NCBI GenBank assembly: GCA_033763905.1
Contig: JANRJP010000102.1
Span: 40,430 to 104,429 of the forward strand
Length of the DNA: 64,000 bases
Origin: Gemmatimonadaceae bacterium
GTDB lineage: Bacteria; Gemmatimonadota; Gemmatimonadetes; Gemmatimonadales; Gemmatimonadaceae
Reading direction: 5' to 3'
The notes beneath the pieces were generated by a model, which was not told the origin of the DNA, did no database searches, and worked only from the letters and a program-made list of their open reading frames with translations. Both the position numbers and the translations under genes were made by a program. Of the stretch, positions 10,603-19,279 are shown piece after piece. Position 1 is the stretch's first letter. Each line of letters starts with the position of its first letter.

Positions 10603-11226
10603 ATGGACGATACGACGCGATCACTGACTGCCGCCCAACTCGATGCGCTCCGCGAAGTCGCCAACATCGGCGCGGGGCACGCCGCGACGGCGCTGTCGCA
10701 GATGACGGGGCAGACGATCATGATCTCGGTGCCGCGGATCTTCATCGCGCCCCTCGAGGACGTCCCGCCGCACGTCAGCGGACCCGAGGAGCCGGTCGCC
10801 GCCGTCCTGATGCAGATGCTCGGCGACTTGACGGGACAGACCCTGCTCGTCTTCCCCGAGCCGACCGCGTTGCGACTGGCCGAGTTGATGCTGCGGCGGC
10901 CGCGCGGCAGTTCGCCCGGACTCGGCGAACTCGAGCAGTCGGCCATCAAGGAGGCCGGCAACATCCTGTCAGGGCAGTATATGAACGCGCTGTCCGACTT
11001 TATGGGGATGGTGCTGCTGCCGTCACCGCCCTCGATGGCGATCGATATGTCGGCGGCGGTGCTCGAGAGCACCTACCTGCAGTTCGGCAGTGATCGCGAT
11101 ATGGTCGTCTGCGTCGAGAGCGAGTTCATGATGAAGGAGCTGGGGGAAACCCTGCGAGGCTTCTTCCTGCTGCTCCCGGACGCACCCTCCCTGCAGGTGA
11201 TGCTCAAGACGCTCAAGTTGGCCTGA
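10603..11226 (+). CDS. cheC: CheC family CheY-P phosphatase
   Basis: Two active-site repeats DALREVANIG and SAIKEAGNIL (E-x-x-N). Confidence 0.92.
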   Translation: MDDTTRSLTAAQLDALREVANIGAGHAATALSQMTGQTIMISVPRIFIAPLEDVPPHVSGPEEPVAAVLMQMLGDLTGQTLLVFPEPTALRLAELMLRRPRGSSPGLGELEQSAIKEAGNILSGQYMNALSDFMGMVLLPSPPSMAIDMSAAVLESTYLQFGSDRDMVVCVESEFMMKELGETLRGFFLLLPDAPSLQVMLKTLKLA

Positions 11227-11231
11227 CCGAC

Positions 11232-13973
11232 GTGTCCACCGCCGTGCCTGTCGCTCTCTCGTCCGCTCGCGATCGCGACGCGCTGCGCAGCTTTGCGCGG
11301 CGCATCGATCCGTCGGATGCGGGCGCGCACAACAACCTCGGCGTCCTGTACTACAACAAGGGCCTGCACGAAGAGGCGGTGGCGGCGTTCACGCGCGCGC
11401 TCGAGCTCGACCCCAAGATGGAAGTGGCGCGTCGGAATCTCGAAGTCGCCTACTTCCGCACGGGCTATTTCGATCGGCGCGTGGGCGAACTGCGCGAGCG
11501 CCTGCGCGCCGTGCCGACCGATCGGGAATCGCGGTTCGAGCTGGGCCGCGCGCACGCCTTCGCGGGCCAGTATCCGCAGGCGGTCAGCGAGTTCAAGACG
11601 CTGCTGCAGCACTTTCCGGATGACCTGGCGGCGATCCTGCAGCTGGCGCTGGCCGAGAAGAGCTCGGGCGATCTCGAAGATGCCGCGCGCTGGCTGGAGC
11701 AGGCCGCGCGACTCGACCCCGACAGCCCGCTGGTGCACTTCTATCGCGGCGAAGTCGCCTACAACCGCGGGCTCAATGAAGACGCCCTCGCGGCGCTGGA
11801 ACGGGCGATCGCGCTGAATCCGGAGCTGGCCGACGCGCACTACCTGATGGCCTTCGTGCTCGGCGACATCGGACGACACGACGACGCCCGCGGCGCCACC
11901 AAGCGCGCGATTCAACTGAATCCGTCGCTGTCGCGCGCGCAGGCGAATCTGTCGCTCGACAAGTACAACGCGGCGCGGTACGAGGAACTCCTGCCCGGCG
12001 CCGCCGAGCGCAAGTCGCAGCAGTTGATGGCGGTGTCCGAGGAGGGCCAGCTGGCGCACTACTCGCTGGGCATCGCGTACCGGCAAAAGGGGTACTGGGC
12101 CGACGCGCTGCGCGAGTACCGGATGGCGCTTGATCGGGGCGAGGATCGCGACCTCGTCGAGCAGGCGATGGCCGAAGTGCATCTGCTGCAGCGCGATGTG
12201 TCGGGCGCCGTCGCGCTGTACGATGTGCTGATCGGCCGTCGGCCCGAATCGCCGAAGCTCTGGAACGAGCGGGGCGTCGCGCTGCATCAGGACGGCCGAT
12301 TCGCCGAGGCGCTCGAGAGCTACGATCGCGCCGTGGCCGCGGATGACGCGTACGTGCTCGCGTGGAACAACCTCGGCGTGGCCCGCTACCACGCCAATGA
12401 CGTCGACGGCGCGGTCGATGCCTTCCGGCGTGCCTTGGATGTGGCGCCCACCTTTGCGAAGTCGCGGCTCAACCTCGCGCTGCTGCTGTTCAAGGGCAAG
12501 CGACTGCAGTTGGCGCTGGAAGCGTATCGCAAGGTGATCGAGGCCGAGCCCGAAGAGCCCACCGCGTGGAACGGCATTGGCCTCGTGCTGGCCGAACTCA
12601 AGCGCTTCGAGGAAGCGCGGGCCGCGTTTGCCCGAGCAATCCAGGCGCGGCCGACGTATGCCGAGGCGCACTACAACCTCAGCTTTACACTGTCGAACCT
12701 CGGCGACTTCGAGGGCGCGTTGCGCGAAACCAAGCGCGCGCTCGAACTCGACCCGTACTACGTCGCGCAGAAGTTCGAGTTGTCGATCGACCTGCAGCAC
12801 GAGGAGCCGGATCTCTCGATCGCGCCGGATCTGGGCGGGGAGAAGCGGGTCAGCGGTGCCGTGGACGATTTCGCCTTCGATCCGGCACTGCTCGACGCGG
12901 TGTTCACGCGGCTGAACACGCCGTCGAGCCAGCCGATGACCGCCGTCCCGTCGGGTGAAGGCGAGCCGCTCTCGTACGCGCTGGCACGCGACTACCTGTC
13001 GAAGCGACTCGGTGATCGCGCGGCCGCGGAAGCCACGCGCATCTTGGCGCGGGGTGGTGCACAGGCGGAAGGCCTCACGATCGTCGCCGACTCCTACGCG
13101 CAGCGCTCGGCCTACGGCGAGGCGGTGGAACGCTATCGCGAAGCGCTGCGCGCCGACCTCGAGTACGTGCCGGCGCTCCGTGGCTTGACGTCCTCGTTGA
13201 TCGCGATGGGCCGCGGTGCGGATGCGCGCCCCGTGGCCGAGCAGCTGGCGCAGCGCGTCCCCGACGATGTCGACGCGCTGGTGCTGGTGGCCGAGACGCG
13301 TTCGGCCGCGGGTGATCGGGTCGCGGCGTTGGCTGCGCTCGACGGCGCGCGCCGCCGTGCGCCGGCCCGGGCCGACATTCACAAGCGTATCGGCGATGTG
13401 CTGGAAGCCTCGGGCGACACCGACGGGGCGCTGGCGGTCTTTCGACTGGCGACGCAACTCGAACCGAGCTTTGCCGCCGTGCGGACGAGCCTGGGCCGTC
13501 TGCTGGCCCTGCGTGGCGACCGCGACGCGGCGGCGAGCGAGTTTTGCGCGGCGCTGGAGGCGGTGCCGACGTATGGTGCCGCGGCGATCGGACTGGCCGG
13601 CGTCCGGCGCGGGCAAGGGCGTGATCGCGAGGCGATGGACGTGCTGATCGCGCTCCTCGAGACGGATCCCTCGCACCTCGGGGCGCTGGTCGCCCTGGGC
13701 GAACTGTTGCTCGCGCAGGGGCGGAGCGCCGATGCCGCGTTTGCGTTCCGCCGCGTGCTGACGTTCGACCCGGCACATCCCGCCGCGCTGTTCTACTGGG
13801 GCTCGCTGCTGGCGGCGCAGCATCGCTGGCGCGAGGCCCGCGAGACCTGGTCGCGCGCGGCGGCCGTGAATCCGACGGGCGAATGGGGACAGCGCGCCGC
13901 GCGCGAAGCGCGCAGCGCCGAGGATTTAGCGCACGTGTACGCGACGGCGGGAGGTGGCGTCGATGCCCATTGA
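11232..13973 (+). CDS. Large multi-TPR protein (913 aa)
   Basis: Many canonical TPRs (AHNNLGVLYYNKG..EEAVAAF.RALELDP; AWNGIGLVL; AHYNLSF); no signal peptide seen. Confidence 0.9.
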   Translation: MSTAVPVALSSARDRDALRSFARRIDPSDAGAHNNLGVLYYNKGLHEEAVAAFTRALELDPKMEVARRNLEVAYFRTGYFDRRVGELRERLRAVPTDRESRFELGRAHAFAGQYPQAVSEFKTLLQHFPDDLAAILQLALAEKSSGDLEDAARWLEQAARLDPDSPLVHFYRGEVAYNRGLNEDALAALERAIALNPELADAHYLMAFVLGDIGRHDDARGATKRAIQLNPSLSRAQANLSLDKYNAARYEELLPGAAERKSQQLMAVSEEGQLAHYSLGIAYRQKGYWADALREYRMALDRGEDRDLVEQAMAEVHLLQRDVSGAVALYDVLIGRRPESPKLWNERGVALHQDGRFAEALESYDRAVAADDAYVLAWNNLGVARYHANDVDGAVDAFRRALDVAPTFAKSRLNLALLLFKGKRLQLALEAYRKVIEAEPEEPTAWNGIGLVLAELKRFEEARAAFARAIQARPTYAEAHYNLSFTLSNLGDFEGALRETKRALELDPYYVAQKFELSIDLQHEEPDLSIAPDLGGEKRVSGAVDDFAFDPALLDAVFTRLNTPSSQPMTAVPSGEGEPLSYALARDYLSKRLGDRAAAEATRILARGGAQAEGLTIVADSYAQRSAYGEAVERYREALRADLEYVPALRGLTSSLIAMGRGADARPVAEQLAQRVPDDVDALVLVAETRSAAGDRVAALAALDGARRRAPARADIHKRIGDVLEASGDTDGALAVFRLATQLEPSFAAVRTSLGRLLALRGDRDAAASEFCAALEAVPTYGAAAIGLAGVRRGQGRDREAMDVLIALLETDPSHLGALVALGELLLAQGRSADAAFAFRRVLTFDPAHPAALFYWGSLLAAQHRWREARETWSRAAAVNPTGEWGQRAAREARSAEDLAHVYATAGGGVDAH

Positions 13974-15111
13974 AGGCCCGCTGCGCGAGCTTGGCATCCA
14001 CGATGTCTTCCAGTTGCTCGACCTGAGCCGGAAGACCGGGATGCTGCACGTCGCGTCGGAACTCCGCGACAACGAAGGCGACGTCTGGTTCTCGCAGGGC
14101 AAGGTCGTGTGGGCGTCGATCCGCTCGAATCCGCATCCGCTTGGCGCGATGCTCGTGAAAAGCGGCAAGGTGTCCGAGGCCGATCTGCAACGCGCGCTGG
14201 CGGTGCAGGCGGATCGCGGCGACGGGCGGCGCTTTGGCGAGATTCTCGTCGATCTCGGCGTGTTGACCCAGCGCGAGCTCGAGAAAGTCGTGCGACTGCA
14301 AGTCGAAGAGGTGGTCTTCGAGCTGATGTCCTGGCGCGAGGGCTTCTTCTCGTTCTCCGATCGCGATGTGTCCGAAGTTCCGGCGGCTGCCGTGCTCCGC
14401 ATCTCGACCGAGTCGCTGCTGATGGAAGGCGCGCGACGCATCGACGAATGGTCGCGCATTGCCGACAAAGTCCCGAATCTCGCGGTGATTCCCGTCATCG
14501 CGCCGGCGGACGACGGCCACCCCACCCAGCTCGACCTGCTGCCACTCGAGTGGGAAATGCTGACGCTCATCGACGGCGAGACCGATCTGCGCGGCATTGC
14601 GACGACGCTCGCGCGAAGCGACTTCGACGTCGCCCGCATTGCCTACGGCCTCGTGTCGACCGGGGTGATCGAGCTGCGGCAGCCGGATCGCGTGAGTACC
14701 CGCGCGATGTTGCCAGTCGAGGATCCCACGGTGCACCTGGTCGCGTCGGCCGAGGCGCTGGCGCGCCGCGACGGACAGGCGGCGTTGTCGGCGGCGCGCG
14801 CGGCGCAGGCGGCGGACCCGACGTCGGCAATGGGCCGCGTTGCCGCGGCGCGTGCGCTGCGGTTCCTGGGCCGCGCCACTGAAGCGCACGAGGAGTTGCG
14901 CCGGGCCGCGGCGCTCGCGCCCAACGATGCGACGGTCTCGTACGAACTCGCGTGGGCCGCTGCCGGCCGCGGCGAACTCGACGAAGCGCTCGAGCGCTGG
15001 GATCGCTGGATCCTGTCGCATCAGACCGACCCGTCCGCGGAGCGCGTTCGCGCGGCGATCGACACGACGCGGCGCCTCCGGGCGCTGCTGGAGGCCCACG
15101 CCGGTGTCTGA
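13963..15111 (+). CDS. DUF4388 (PATAN-like) domain protein with C-terminal TPRs
   Basis: IEGPLRELGIHDVFQLLDLSRKTGML, LGAMLVKSG, W.EG.FSF, ESLLMEGARRIDEW; GGAGG RBS before ATG 13963. Confidence 0.82.
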   Translation: MPIEGPLRELGIHDVFQLLDLSRKTGMLHVASELRDNEGDVWFSQGKVVWASIRSNPHPLGAMLVKSGKVSEADLQRALAVQADRGDGRRFGEILVDLGVLTQRELEKVVRLQVEEVVFELMSWREGFFSFSDRDVSEVPAAAVLRISTESLLMEGARRIDEWSRIADKVPNLAVIPVIAPADDGHPTQLDLLPLEWEMLTLIDGETDLRGIATTLARSDFDVARIAYGLVSTGVIELRQPDRVSTRAMLPVEDPTVHLVASAEALARRDGQAALSAARAAQAADPTSAMGRVAAARALRFLGRATEAHEELRRAAALAPNDATVSYELAWAAAGRGELDEALERWDRWILSHQTDPSAERVRAAIDTTRRLRALLEAHAGV

Positions 15112-15943
15112 CGAAATCGCCGCCCTCTCGGCCGCGCTCGCCGCCGACCCGAACAGCATCGTCTTCCTCGAACTAGGGGAGGCGTTGCGGCAGCGCGGGC
15201 AGATCGATGCCGCATTCACCATTGCCCGTCGCGGGCTGGAGCGACATCCGCACGCCGCGGATGCCCACGATCTGCTCGCGCGATTGCACGCAGATCGGGG
15301 CGATCTCGAGTCGGCATTCGACGAGTGGGATATGGTCGCGCGTCTCTCGCCGGGTCACCCCGGGTCGCTCAAGGGGATGGGCTACGTGCGCTTCCAGCAG
15401 GGGCGACTCTCCGAGGCGGAGCAGTATCTGGCCGCGGCGGCAGCGGTGGATCCCGCCGATGACCGCAACCTGTCGGCGCTCGCCTACGTGCGCGCGCAGC
15501 GGGCGGCGTCGCAGGCCGGATCGTCGGTGCTGGCCAAGGATCCAACCGAGGTGGCCACGCCGCACGTGGCGGTGGACCCGGCGCGAGCACTGTTTGCCGA
15601 CATCACGGCGGATGGGGCGGGCATCGTCATCCTTATCGGAGCCGACGGTCTGGTGCTGGCCGGGGAGTCGGTGACGCACGAAGGGCGCGATGTCGCGGCC
15701 GAAGTCGGAGCGGCGATGAGTGGCGTCGGCGAAGAAGCGAGTCGTTCGATGCGGCATCTCGGGCTCGGCCAGTGGACGAGCATCGTCTTCGAGACCGAGC
15801 GCGCGACGGTGGCGCTGTCGCCGGCGCCGGAGCAGGGGCTCGTACTCGTCGCGGCCGCGCGCACCTCGCCGCTCGGCTTCGTGCGCAAGATGCTCGAGCG
15901 GGCAGGGCAGGCCGCGGCGCGCTTCGTCGGAGGTGCTGGATGA
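15104..15943 (+). CDS. TPR-Roadblock/LC7 fusion protein
   Basis: N-terminal TPRs (FLELGEALRQRG, AHDLLARLH, LKGMGYVRFQQG); C-terminal VILIGADGLVL Roadblock fold ending LGFVR. Confidence 0.78.
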   Translation: MSDEIAALSAALAADPNSIVFLELGEALRQRGQIDAAFTIARRGLERHPHAADAHDLLARLHADRGDLESAFDEWDMVARLSPGHPGSLKGMGYVRFQQGRLSEAEQYLAAAAAVDPADDRNLSALAYVRAQRAASQAGSSVLAKDPTEVATPHVAVDPARALFADITADGAGIVILIGADGLVLAGESVTHEGRDVAAEVGAAMSGVGEEASRSMRHLGLGQWTSIVFETERATVALSPAPEQGLVLVAAARTSPLGFVRKMLERAGQAAARFVGGAG

Positions 15944-16284
15944 GCGCCTTTCAGAGCACGTTGGCCGCGCTGATCCGTCAGCGCGGCGTGACCGGCGCCC
16001 TCATCGTGAGTGAGCGCGACGGGATCGTGGTCGATCAGGCCGTCCAGGTCGGGGTGCGCTCCGAAGTGGTCGCGGCGCTGGCGGCCTCGCTCTATCGGCG
16101 CGCGCGTCTGGCGGCGGAGGCCGCCGGGTTCGGCGATACGGGCTTCCTGCAACTCGATGCCGAGCAGGGGCGCGTGTGTGCGCTCGGCCGCGGGGATCTC
16201 GTGATCGTGGTGGTGACGGAGCCGGCGGCGAACATCGGGCTCGTGCGGGTCGAGATGATCAAGGGGCTGGAGGCGCTGCCGTGA
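15940..16284 (+). CDS. Roadblock/LC7 domain protein
   Basis: GVTGALIVSERDGIVV, VAALAASLY, ANIGLVRVEM; GGAGG RBS. Confidence 0.85.
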   Translation: MSAFQSTLAALIRQRGVTGALIVSERDGIVVDQAVQVGVRSEVVAALAASLYRRARLAAEAAGFGDTGFLQLDAEQGRVCALGRGDLVIVVVTEPAANIGLVRVEMIKGLEALP

Positions 16285-16751
16285 TCGTCAAGGTCACCGA
16301 AGCCTGGGCCGAGGCGCCGCTCAAGGCGTTCATCGACGAGTCGCGCGTGCTGCTCGCGCTCCTGCTGCATCCGAGCGGACAGGTCGTGGGGCAGTCGGGG
16401 TTCTCGAAGGCGATGGACGTGATGAGTGCCTGTGCGCTGGCCGCGGCGATTCACGCCTCCTCGGCGGAGCTCGGGCGCCAACTCGACGGCAAGCCGTTCG
16501 GCGTGCTGCACTATGCCGGCCTGCAGAAGCAGCTGTTTCTCGCGCCGGTGGACACGCCGGCCGGCACCCTGCTGCTGCTTGCCGTCTTCGACGACGCCGC
16601 GTCGCTGGGACTGGTGCAGCTCTACTTCGGGGAGTTCCGGGGACGACTCGCGGCGGCGGCGCCGCGCGACGCCGATACCGGGCCCGTGCTCAACGAGCAG
16701 TTCGAGCGCGAACTCAACCGCAACCTCGCAACGCTCTTCGGGCGGGCCTGA
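16281..16751 (+). CDS. mglB: MglB-type Roadblock protein (putative GAP of MglA)
   Basis: LLL.PSGQVVGQSG...D..S.CALAA.....S.ELGR....F....LLAVFDD.ASLGLV, aligns by eye with Myxococcus MglB; immediately upstream of mglA. Confidence 0.8.
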   Translation: MIVKVTEAWAEAPLKAFIDESRVLLALLLHPSGQVVGQSGFSKAMDVMSACALAAAIHASSAELGRQLDGKPFGVLHYAGLQKQLFLAPVDTPAGTLLLLAVFDDAASLGLVQLYFGEFRGRLAAAAPRDADTGPVLNEQFERELNRNLATLFGRA

Positions 16752-16754
16752 GTC

Positions 16755-17357
16755 GTGTCCATCGTCAACTACGCAACGCGCGAAATCACCTGCAAGATCG
16801 TGTACTACGGACCGGGCCGGTCCGGGAAGACCACGAATCTGCACTACATCTACCAGCAGGTGCCGTCCGATCGCAAAGGCACGATGGTCTCGCTGGCGAC
16901 GCAGACCGACCGGACGCTGTTCTTCGACTTTCTCCCGCTCGACCTGGGCAGCATCTCGGGCTTCACCACGAAGTTCCAACTCTACACGGTGCCCGGGCAG
17001 GTGTACTACCAGACCACCCGCAAGCTGGTGCTGCAGGGGGCGGATGGCGTGGTCTTCGTCGCCGACTCGCAGCGGCGGCAGTTCGCCGAGACGGTCGAGT
17101 CGTTTCAGGACCTGCACGCGAACCTCGCGGAGCACGGGCTCGATGCGCGGGCGGTGCCGCTGGTGATCCAGTACAACAAGCGCGATCTGCCGACCGAGCT
17201 CATTCATCCGGTGGCGGAGTTGCGCGACGCGATCAACTTCCGCGACGTGCCCGATTTCGAAGCCGATGCCCTGCACGGCGTCGGGGTGTTCGAGACGCTG
17301 CGCGGCATCTCGGAGTTGGTGCTGCGCAAGCTCAGTACGGGGACGGATCGGCGATGA
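16755..17357 (+). CDS. mglA: Small Ras-like GTPase MglA
   Basis: INYATREITCKIVYYGPGRSGKTTNL-type N-terminus (G1), TQTDRTLFFDF (G2 with intrinsic Arg), LYTVPGQ (G3), NKRD (G4). Confidence 0.95.
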   Translation: MSIVNYATREITCKIVYYGPGRSGKTTNLHYIYQQVPSDRKGTMVSLATQTDRTLFFDFLPLDLGSISGFTTKFQLYTVPGQVYYQTTRKLVLQGADGVVFVADSQRRQFAETVESFQDLHANLAEHGLDARAVPLVIQYNKRDLPTELIHPVAELRDAINFRDVPDFEADALHGVGVFETLRGISELVLRKLSTGTDRR

Positions 17358-19279
17358 GTGGCGTCAGCGGATTCCGCTTCGACAATTTCGTCGTCGGGCC
17401 GGCGAATCGACTGGCCGTCGCCGCCGCGCGCGCCGTCGCCGAGGGACCGGGCTCGGTGTACAACCCGCTGGTCATCTACGGCGGCTCGGGGCTGGGCAAG
17501 ACGCATCTGCTCGGCGCCATCGGGGCGCACGCCACGCACTTGTCGCCCGAGCTGCAGGTCGAGTCGCTGGCCACCGAGGAGCTGGTGCGCCGCCTCTCCG
17601 AGGCGATCGCCACCGGGCAACTCGATGCCTTGACGGCGGCCTTGCAGCGCTCCGACATCCTGCTGCTGGACGACGTGCAGTTCCTCACCGGACATCCCGA
17701 GACACAGCAAGTGCTGCTGCGGCTGTTCAACCAGCTGCAGGGCGCCGGCAAGCAGATCGTGCTCACGAGCGACCGGCCGCCGCAGGACATTCCCGACGTC
17801 GACGAACGCCTGGTGACCCGGCTCGCGGGCGGGCTGACGGTCGATGTCGCGTCGCCAGACTTCGAGACGCGGGTGGCGATTCTCGACGCCAAGTGCCGCG
17901 AACGCAGCGTCACCTTGTCGCGGACGCAGCTCGAACAGCTCGCCCAGCGCGACGTCTCGAGTGTGCGTGAGTTGCAGGGGATGCTCAACCGGATGGTCGC
18001 CGAACGGGAGCTGCTCGATCCCGGCGCGACCGCGCGGCCGCTCACGCCCGCGGTGGCACCGCCGGCGTCGGTGCCCGTGCCGGCCGACGCGCAGTCGATG
18101 CGCCCCACCGGCGAGTTCGACAACTTCGTCTCGCGACTCACGGTGGCGGTGCAACGCCACGTCGAGCCGCCCTGGCGGACCAAGCTGACGGAAGCGGCGG
18201 CGCAGTATCGTCGCGAGGGCTGGGCGGTCGGCGTGATCGAGCGCGCGGCGGCGCTGCCGGATGCGCCGGACGTCGACGGACTGCTCGGGATGTTCGCGCA
18301 GGCCGTGGAGCACCTGCGCCACTTGGAACGGCAGGCGCTCGCGATCGACCCGACGCTCGGCAATCAGCCGTACTTCCGGGATGTCGAGCGCGTGCGCGAA
18401 GCCGAGACGATCGTCGATCGCCTGCTGGCCGCGACCGCGCCGCCGCCGCAGCCGGATCGGCAGTACACCCGCGAATCGCTCGCCATCGGCAACGCCAATC
18501 AACTGGCGTTGCGCGCCGCCGATGTCGTCGTGGCCGAGCCGGCGACGCGTTATAACCCGTTGGTGATCGTCGGGGCGGCCGGGACCGGGAAGACGCATCT
18601 CCTGCACGCGCTCGCGAATGCGCTCGCGGATCCCGATGGCCCGCACCGGCGCGTGGCCTGCACCACGGCGAGCGCCTTCAGCGAGGAGCTCATTCTGGCC
18701 CTGCGTGACGATACGGTCGATCGCTGGCGGGCGCGCTACCGCTCGGCGGACGTGCTGTGCCTCGACGGCGTACACTTCCTCGCGGGCAAGCAGCGGTCGC
18801 AGGAAGAGCTCTTTCATCTCTTGAACGCGGCGAAGGAGTTCGGCAAGCAGGTCATCGTGACGAGCGAAGCCGCACCGCGGGATCTGCCGCGGCTCGAGGA
18901 GCGCATCCGCACGCGGCTGGAAGAAGGCCTGGTGGTGGAGCTGCAGCGCCCCGATGCCGCCCTGCGCGCCAAGCTCGCGACGCACTTCTTCCAGCTGCTG
19001 GGCGATGACCCGGAACCGGAAGTGATTGCGGCGATTGCCGACAAGGAGGGGCGCTCGGCGGCGGAGCTGCGCGACATCGTGGCCAGGGTGCACCGCACCG
19101 CGACCGAGGCCGGTGTGAGTGTCGGTCCCGCACTCGTCCATCGGGTGCTCGATCCCGGCCAGTCGTCGGCGCGCCCCGACCTGCCGACCGACGCGACGGA
19201 TCGCTTCTTCGTGAATCCCGAGAAGGTGATCTGGGAGTGGCCCGATGCCGGGGCCCGGTTGATCGAGGAGCTGCGCTGA
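17354..19279 (+). CDS. Tandem DnaA-type AAA+ protein (two domain-III modules; no domain I or IV)
   Basis: Module 1: FDNFVVG.AN, YNPL.IYGGSGLGKTHL, LLLDDVQF, TSDRPP, ERLVTR, SVRELQG. Module 2: YNPLVIVGAAGTGKTHL, LCLDGVHF, SQEELFH, ERIRTR. Confidence 0.88.
   Translation: MSGVSGFRFDNFVVGPANRLAVAAARAVAEGPGSVYNPLVIYGGSGLGKTHLLGAIGAHATHLSPELQVESLATEELVRRLSEAIATGQLDALTAALQRSDILLLDDVQFLTGHPETQQVLLRLFNQLQGAGKQIVLTSDRPPQDIPDVDERLVTRLAGGLTVDVASPDFETRVAILDAKCRERSVTLSRTQLEQLAQRDVSSVRELQGMLNRMVAERELLDPGATARPLTPAVAPPASVPVPADAQSMRPTGEFDNFVSRLTVAVQRHVEPPWRTKLTEAAAQYRREGWAVGVIERAAALPDAPDVDGLLGMFAQAVEHLRHLERQALAIDPTLGNQPYFRDVERVREAETIVDRLLAATAPPPQPDRQYTRESLAIGNANQLALRAADVVVAEPATRYNPLVIVGAAGTGKTHLLHALANALADPDGPHRRVACTTASAFSEELILALRDDTVDRWRARYRSADVLCLDGVHFLAGKQRSQEELFHLLNAAKEFGKQVIVTSEAAPRDLPRLEERIRTRLEEGLVVELQRPDAALRAKLATHFFQLLGDDPEPEVIAAIADKEGRSAAELRDIVARVHRTATEAGVSVGPALVHRVLDPGQSSARPDLPTDATDRFFVNPEKVIWEWPDAGARLIEELR

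Noticed and set aside
11232..13973. Repetitive sequence as CRISPR or DNA tandem repeat
   Set aside because: Repeats are degenerate protein-level TPRs; no identical spaced direct repeats or cas genes seen in the window
8168..15222. Very long minus-strand ORFs (8616..11072, 11073..13823, 13075..15222) and similar ones across the window
   Set aside because: Antisense shadows of well-supported + strand genes in high-GC DNA; Arg/Ala/Pro-rich with no recognisable motifs
17354..19279. Calling this gene the chromosomal initiator dnaA or hda
   Set aside because: No domain I or IV, two AAA+ modules, no evident clamp-binding motif, no dnaN/recF/gyrB context
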